Shown here: positions 59,476 through 64,000 of the stretch, one piece after another | Numbering within the stretch: position 1 is the first letter of the stretch | Layout of the letters: every line of letters starts with the position of its first letter | The notes under the pieces: generated by a model | The model's input: only the letters and a program-made list of their open reading frames with translations | What the model was told of the DNA's origin: nothing | Database searches by the model: none | Assembly: GCA_965224025.1 (NCBI GenBank) | Contig: OZ245033.1 | Span: forward strand, 3,424,001 to 3,488,000 | Reading direction: 5' to 3' | Source of the DNA: Candidatus Multivorans sp. | GTDB taxonomy: Bacteria > Acidobacteriota > Thermoanaerobaculia > Multivoradales > Multivoraceae | DNA: 64,000 bases | Made by a program: the position numbers and the translations under genes

Positions 59476-61208
59476 CCGCCGCTCGACGTCGAGGCCGACG
59501 GATGGCGGTAGGCCACCCGGCCTCCTACGATCGTGTAAACGACCTCGGTACCGGGAATCTCCTCCTCGGGCACGGTCATGATGTCGCGGGAGAGAACCGT
59601 CACGTCCGCGAGCTTCCCGACCTCCAGGCTACCCTTCCGATCCTCTTCGAATGCCGAATAGGCCGCGTCGAGCGTGTACGAACGGAGCGCCTCCTCCCGG
59701 GTCATCCGCTGGCTTGGCACGAAGATCTCGCCGTTCCCCATCCGGCGGCTGACGGCGGCATGGAAGGACGCGATCGGATCGACATTCTCGACCGGGGCGT
59801 CCGTGCCGTTCGTCACCACGGCGCCGGAGTCGATCAGCTTGCGCCACGCGTAGGCGCCTTCCGCCGCGCGCTCTTCCCCGAGCCGGTCCGGCACCCAGGG
59901 TCCATCGGACGTGCAGTGAACCGCCTGCATCGAAGCGATCACGCCGAGACCGGCGAAGCGCGGAACGTCCTCCGGGTGCAGGTGCTGGGCATGTTCGATC
60001 CGCCAGCGCTGGTCCCGGTCGCCGGCAAGGGCCCGTTCGAACAGGTCGAGCGTCTCCCGGTTCGCCCGGTCGCCGATGGCGTGGACGCAGAGTTGGAAGT
60101 CGTGCTCCCGCGCCAGCCGTGCCGCCTCTTCCATGGCTTCGAGGCTCGTCGTGTTCAGACCGCTGGTTTGCGGCAGATCATCGTAGGGCTCGAGCAGCCA
60201 GGCGCCGTGCGAGCCCAGGGCGCCGTCGATGGAGCGTTTGATGGCCCGCACGGTCAGAAAGCCGTCTCCGCGGTCGATCATGCGGTACCGGCTCAAGGAT
60301 GCGGCCAGAGATTCGTTGCCCTCCCCCACCATCACCCACAGGCGCAGCGGAAGGGACCCTTCGTCGGCCATCTGTCGATAGGCGTCGATCAGTTCGAAAC
60401 TCGAGCCGGCATCCTGAAAGCTGGTTATGCCCTTGGCGAGACATTCCTCGGCCGCGATGCCCACGACGCGCCGGACCTGGTTCCACTCCAGCGTCTCGCC
60501 GCGCAGGCCCGTGACCAGGTTCTCCGCCGTTTCTCTGAGCGCGCCGGTCGGTTGCCCATTCCGGTCGCGCACAATCTCGCCCCCGTCCGGGTCCGGGGTT
60601 GCCGCGTCGACCCCGGCAAGCGCCATGGCACGTGCGTTGACGAAGGCCATGTGGCCGCTGGCGTGCGTCAGGAGCACGGGATTCTCGGGCGACACCGCGC
60701 TCAGGCCGGCATGAACAGGCAGTCCCTGGACGCTGGCAACAGGCGGTTCCGACCACTTCGATTGATGCCAGCCCCGCCCCAGGATCCAGGTTCCCGGTGG
60801 GGTTCCTTCGACCGCTGCCGCCACCTGAGCGACGATCTCGTTCCAGGATGACGCGGACTCGAGCGCCAACTGGAGCTTCGACTCGCCGAGAGCCCAGAAG
60901 TGTCCGTGCCCCTCGATCAGACCCGGCACCGCCAGACGGCCCTCCAGGTCGAGCACCTCCGTATCCGCACCGATCCAACTCCTGGCCGCCTCCTCGGAGC
61001 CGACGAAGACGATGCGGCCGTCGATCGCGGCCAAGGCCTCCGCTTCGGCGGGTGTGCGTTCCGTGTCCTGGCTCAGGGTGACGAGCCGGCCGCCCAGGAG
61101 AACGAGGTCCGCCGCCTGCCCGGGCTCATGACCGCAACCGGCAAGAAGGAAGCCCGCCACCGCCGCTAGCGCCGCGGCGCATCTCACACGGCCGAAGCGG
61201 AGCATCAT
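59472..61208 (-). CDS. Amidohydrolase 3 (YtcJ-like) lipoprotein
   Basis: Lipobox LAGC; PGLIEGHGH, DGALGS, HAIGDRAN, RIEHAQ and GTDAPVE motifs. Confidence 0.9.
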   Translation of the reverse strand: MMLRFGRVRCAAALAAVAGFLLAGCGHEPGQAADLVLLGGRLVTLSQDTERTPAEAEALAAIDGRIVFVGSEEAARSWIGADTEVLDLEGRLAVPGLIEGHGHFWALGESKLQLALESASSWNEIVAQVAAAVEGTPPGTWILGRGWHQSKWSEPPVASVQGLPVHAGLSAVSPENPVLLTHASGHMAFVNARAMALAGVDAATPDPDGGEIVRDRNGQPTGALRETAENLVTGLRGETLEWNQVRRVVGIAAEECLAKGITSFQDAGSSFELIDAYRQMADEGSLPLRLWVMVGEGNESLAASLSRYRMIDRGDGFLTVRAIKRSIDGALGSHGAWLLEPYDDLPQTSGLNTTSLEAMEEAARLAREHDFQLCVHAIGDRANRETLDLFERALAGDRDQRWRIEHAQHLHPEDVPRFAGLGVIASMQAVHCTSDGPWVPDRLGEERAAEGAYAWRKLIDSGAVVTNGTDAPVENVDPIASFHAAVSRRMGNGEIFVPSQRMTREEALRSYTLDAAYSAFEEDRKGSLEVGKLADVTVLSRDIMTVPEEEIPGTEVVYTIVGGRVAYRHPSASTSSGG

Positions 61209-63013
61209 CCCGCCGGAATGCGAAGCGTCTGCCCGGCGACGATCAGGTTGCCGCGCAGCCCGTTGGCCTGGCGGATCCTGGCCGCCGAGGTTCGGAACGT
61301 ACGCGCCAACTGGCTCAGGGTGTCGCCCCGCCGGACCCGGTAGAACACATCCTCACCGTCCAGCGGGACCACCAAGCGCTGTCCGGCGTGAATCAGTTCG
61401 GGCCGCCGCAGGTTGTTCGCCGCCGCCAGGACCTTGACGGAGGCGCCGTACTTCCTGGCGATGCGATGCAGAGATTCGCCCTTCCTGACAACGTGGACCG
61501 TGTCCCGGGGCGCCTGCGCCTGTTTGCTCGCCACCTGGGCGGTCGAAGGCGTCGCGGTCCGCGCCGGTTCCTTCGTCTCGGACGGCTCGATGGCGGCCCG
61601 GCGGATCGGCTGCGGTGCGGGACGCCCCGAACCGCGCTGCGGAATTCGCAGCCGTTGGCCGATGTAGATGCGGTCCGCCCTCGGCAGGCGGTTTGCGCGC
61701 TGGAGCTCCGCCACGCTGGAGCCGAATCGGCGCGCGATCCCACCCAACGTGTCGCCCCGACGGACCCGGTAACTGAATGCGGCCTGACGGTCGGTCTTGC
61801 GATCCGGCGGCAGTTCGGCATACGCCTGCTCGAACTGCTCGGCCATGCCATGCGGCACCCGGAGCGGGTAGCGCGGGGGCACCAGGAGGGCGCCCGCCAG
61901 CACGGTCCGGTCCAGCGCGGGATTGAGATCCGCCAGCCGGTCCATCTCCACGCCGGTCGCCGCGGCCAGATCGGTCAGGGCCACGTACCGATCTCGAAGG
62001 GCGGCATCGAATCGGATCTCGGGGAACGGTTCGACGTTCGGGAAGTGACGCTCGCGCTCGACGTAGGAGATCACCGCGGCGATGAACTCGGCGTAGAAGT
62101 TGCGCGAGGCGAAGCCGAACGTCCGCGATTTGTACTTCTCCACCACCACCGCGATATCCCGCGTTCCCAGCCGGCGCACGGCCCGTGCCATGCCGCCGGC
62201 ACCGTGGTTGTAGGCAGTCAACGCCAGAGGCCAGGCCTCGAGGGACTCGTAGTCCTGCCGCAACTTGCGCGCCGCGCCGGCGGCGGCCAGGAGCACGTCC
62301 GACCGCGCGTCGACCGCTTCGTCCATCTGCAGGAAGAACCGGCCGGTCGAGGCGGTGAACTGCCACGCGCCGGAAGCTCCGACCTTCGAGCGGGCCCGGT
62401 AGTTGAACATCGACTCCACGAACGGCAGGCAGCGGAGCTCCCTCGGCAGGCCGTACTGCGCGAGGGTCCGCTCGATGCCGGGCATGAACATGCCCGAGAC
62501 CTCGATCGCTTCCTCGAAGCGGTTCCGCAGTCCGCGCTGGCCGCGGACGATTCCCGCGGCCCGCCGGTACTTCGACCTGCCGCCCGCCATATGCTCCATC
62601 TGGGTGGGTATGGACCGCAGATCCGCCGGCAGGTTCATCACCGGCCGTCCCGCCGCAAGGTCACGGAGGGCCTTGGAGACGCGGCTGACCTCGCTGCGGA
62701 CCCGCTTGATCCGTGCGCGGTCGATCTCCAGCTCCGACGCGCCCTGGGTGCGCAGGTCGCTCATGTCGACGACGCTGTAGATGACCTCCAGGTGCCTCTC
62801 GTCGTGGAGGACGACTTGGTCGCTGGTGTAGGTGGTGAACACCTTCCGCCAGAACTCCACCGCCGCTTCCAGGCTCTTCGGCACCGGGAAGAGCTCCGGG
62901 TCGATGGCGGGATGGTAGCGCTCCTGGGCCTGGGCCCCGGACGCCGCAAGTGTCACGAAGGCGCTGCAGACCAGCGCAGGAATCCAGTGTGCGCTACTAC
63001 GAGTTTCGGTCAT
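61205..63013 (-). CDS. MltD-like lytic transglycosylase with three LysM domains
   Basis: PFVES.F, GA.G.WQF and AYNHG motifs; three Y/H.VR.GD/E.L LysM repeats. Confidence 0.92.
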   Translation of the reverse strand: MTETRSSAHWIPALVCSAFVTLAASGAQAQERYHPAIDPELFPVPKSLEAAVEFWRKVFTTYTSDQVVLHDERHLEVIYSVVDMSDLRTQGASELEIDRARIKRVRSEVSRVSKALRDLAAGRPVMNLPADLRSIPTQMEHMAGGRSKYRRAAGIVRGQRGLRNRFEEAIEVSGMFMPGIERTLAQYGLPRELRCLPFVESMFNYRARSKVGASGAWQFTASTGRFFLQMDEAVDARSDVLLAAAGAARKLRQDYESLEAWPLALTAYNHGAGGMARAVRRLGTRDIAVVVEKYKSRTFGFASRNFYAEFIAAVISYVERERHFPNVEPFPEIRFDAALRDRYVALTDLAAATGVEMDRLADLNPALDRTVLAGALLVPPRYPLRVPHGMAEQFEQAYAELPPDRKTDRQAAFSYRVRRGDTLGGIARRFGSSVAELQRANRLPRADRIYIGQRLRIPQRGSGRPAPQPIRRAAIEPSETKEPARTATPSTAQVASKQAQAPRDTVHVVRKGESLHRIARKYGASVKVLAAANNLRRPELIHAGQRLVVPLDGEDVFYRVRRGDTLSQLARTFRTSAARIRQANGLRGNLIVAGQTLRIPAG

Positions 63014-63156
63014 GAGAGCCGCATCTTACTGAGAAACAATGACTTGTGCACCACTCCGGGGTGTGCCCGGGCGTCTCCTCCCGGGGTTGTGAGCGCGCCG
63101 GCAAGCCGCAACGCGCTCGGCGAGAAGGCGAGGTCATCGCGCATTGCACAGTTGGT

Positions 63157-63244
63157 AGCTTGCGCCGTAGAAACTGGGTGCGCCGGCGTCCCCGCCGGCA
63201 TCCGGCGCAAAGCGCTGGTCTTCGGTAGTTCTTCGGCGCAAGCT
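63157..63244. other. Long nested inverted repeat directly after the ahcY stop
   Basis: AGCTTGCGCCG(T)AGAA / TTCT(T)CGGCGCAAGCT outer stem; TGCGCCGG/CCGGCGCA inner stem. Confidence 0.65.
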
Positions 63245-63245
63245 C

Positions 63246-64000
<755 letters not shown>

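Overview
A high-GC bacterial chromosomal segment made mostly of core genes. The gene content (long LptC/LptA-type protein, LptF-LptG fusion, FecR/DUF6600 protein, CarD, second ParB) suggests Acidobacteriota; this is an inference. It carries cysS, def, dnaB-alr, purC, carD-priA-recJ, an lpt-rpoN-PTS(Ntr)-rapZ-miaB operon, metK, etfAB, a tol-pal operon, ribH-nusB, der, rsmD, ahcY, seven tRNAs and one complete IS1634-family element (14-bp IRs, CTAG duplication). The main non-coding signals are: a 28-bp dif-like XerC/D site at 42141-42168, 83 bp downstream of an orphan, N-terminally short ParB-family gene, where gene orientation converges (probably the replication terminus); two sigma-54 -24/-12 boxes (before rpoN itself and before the FecR/DUF6600 gene); a duplicated tRNA-Leu 3' half that looks like an att scar; and a perfect 50-bp duplication that creates a 20-codon ORF linking the tolA-like gene to tolB. 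I found no CRISPR array, rRNA or recognisable riboswitch. All calls come from reading the sequence; no searches were run.
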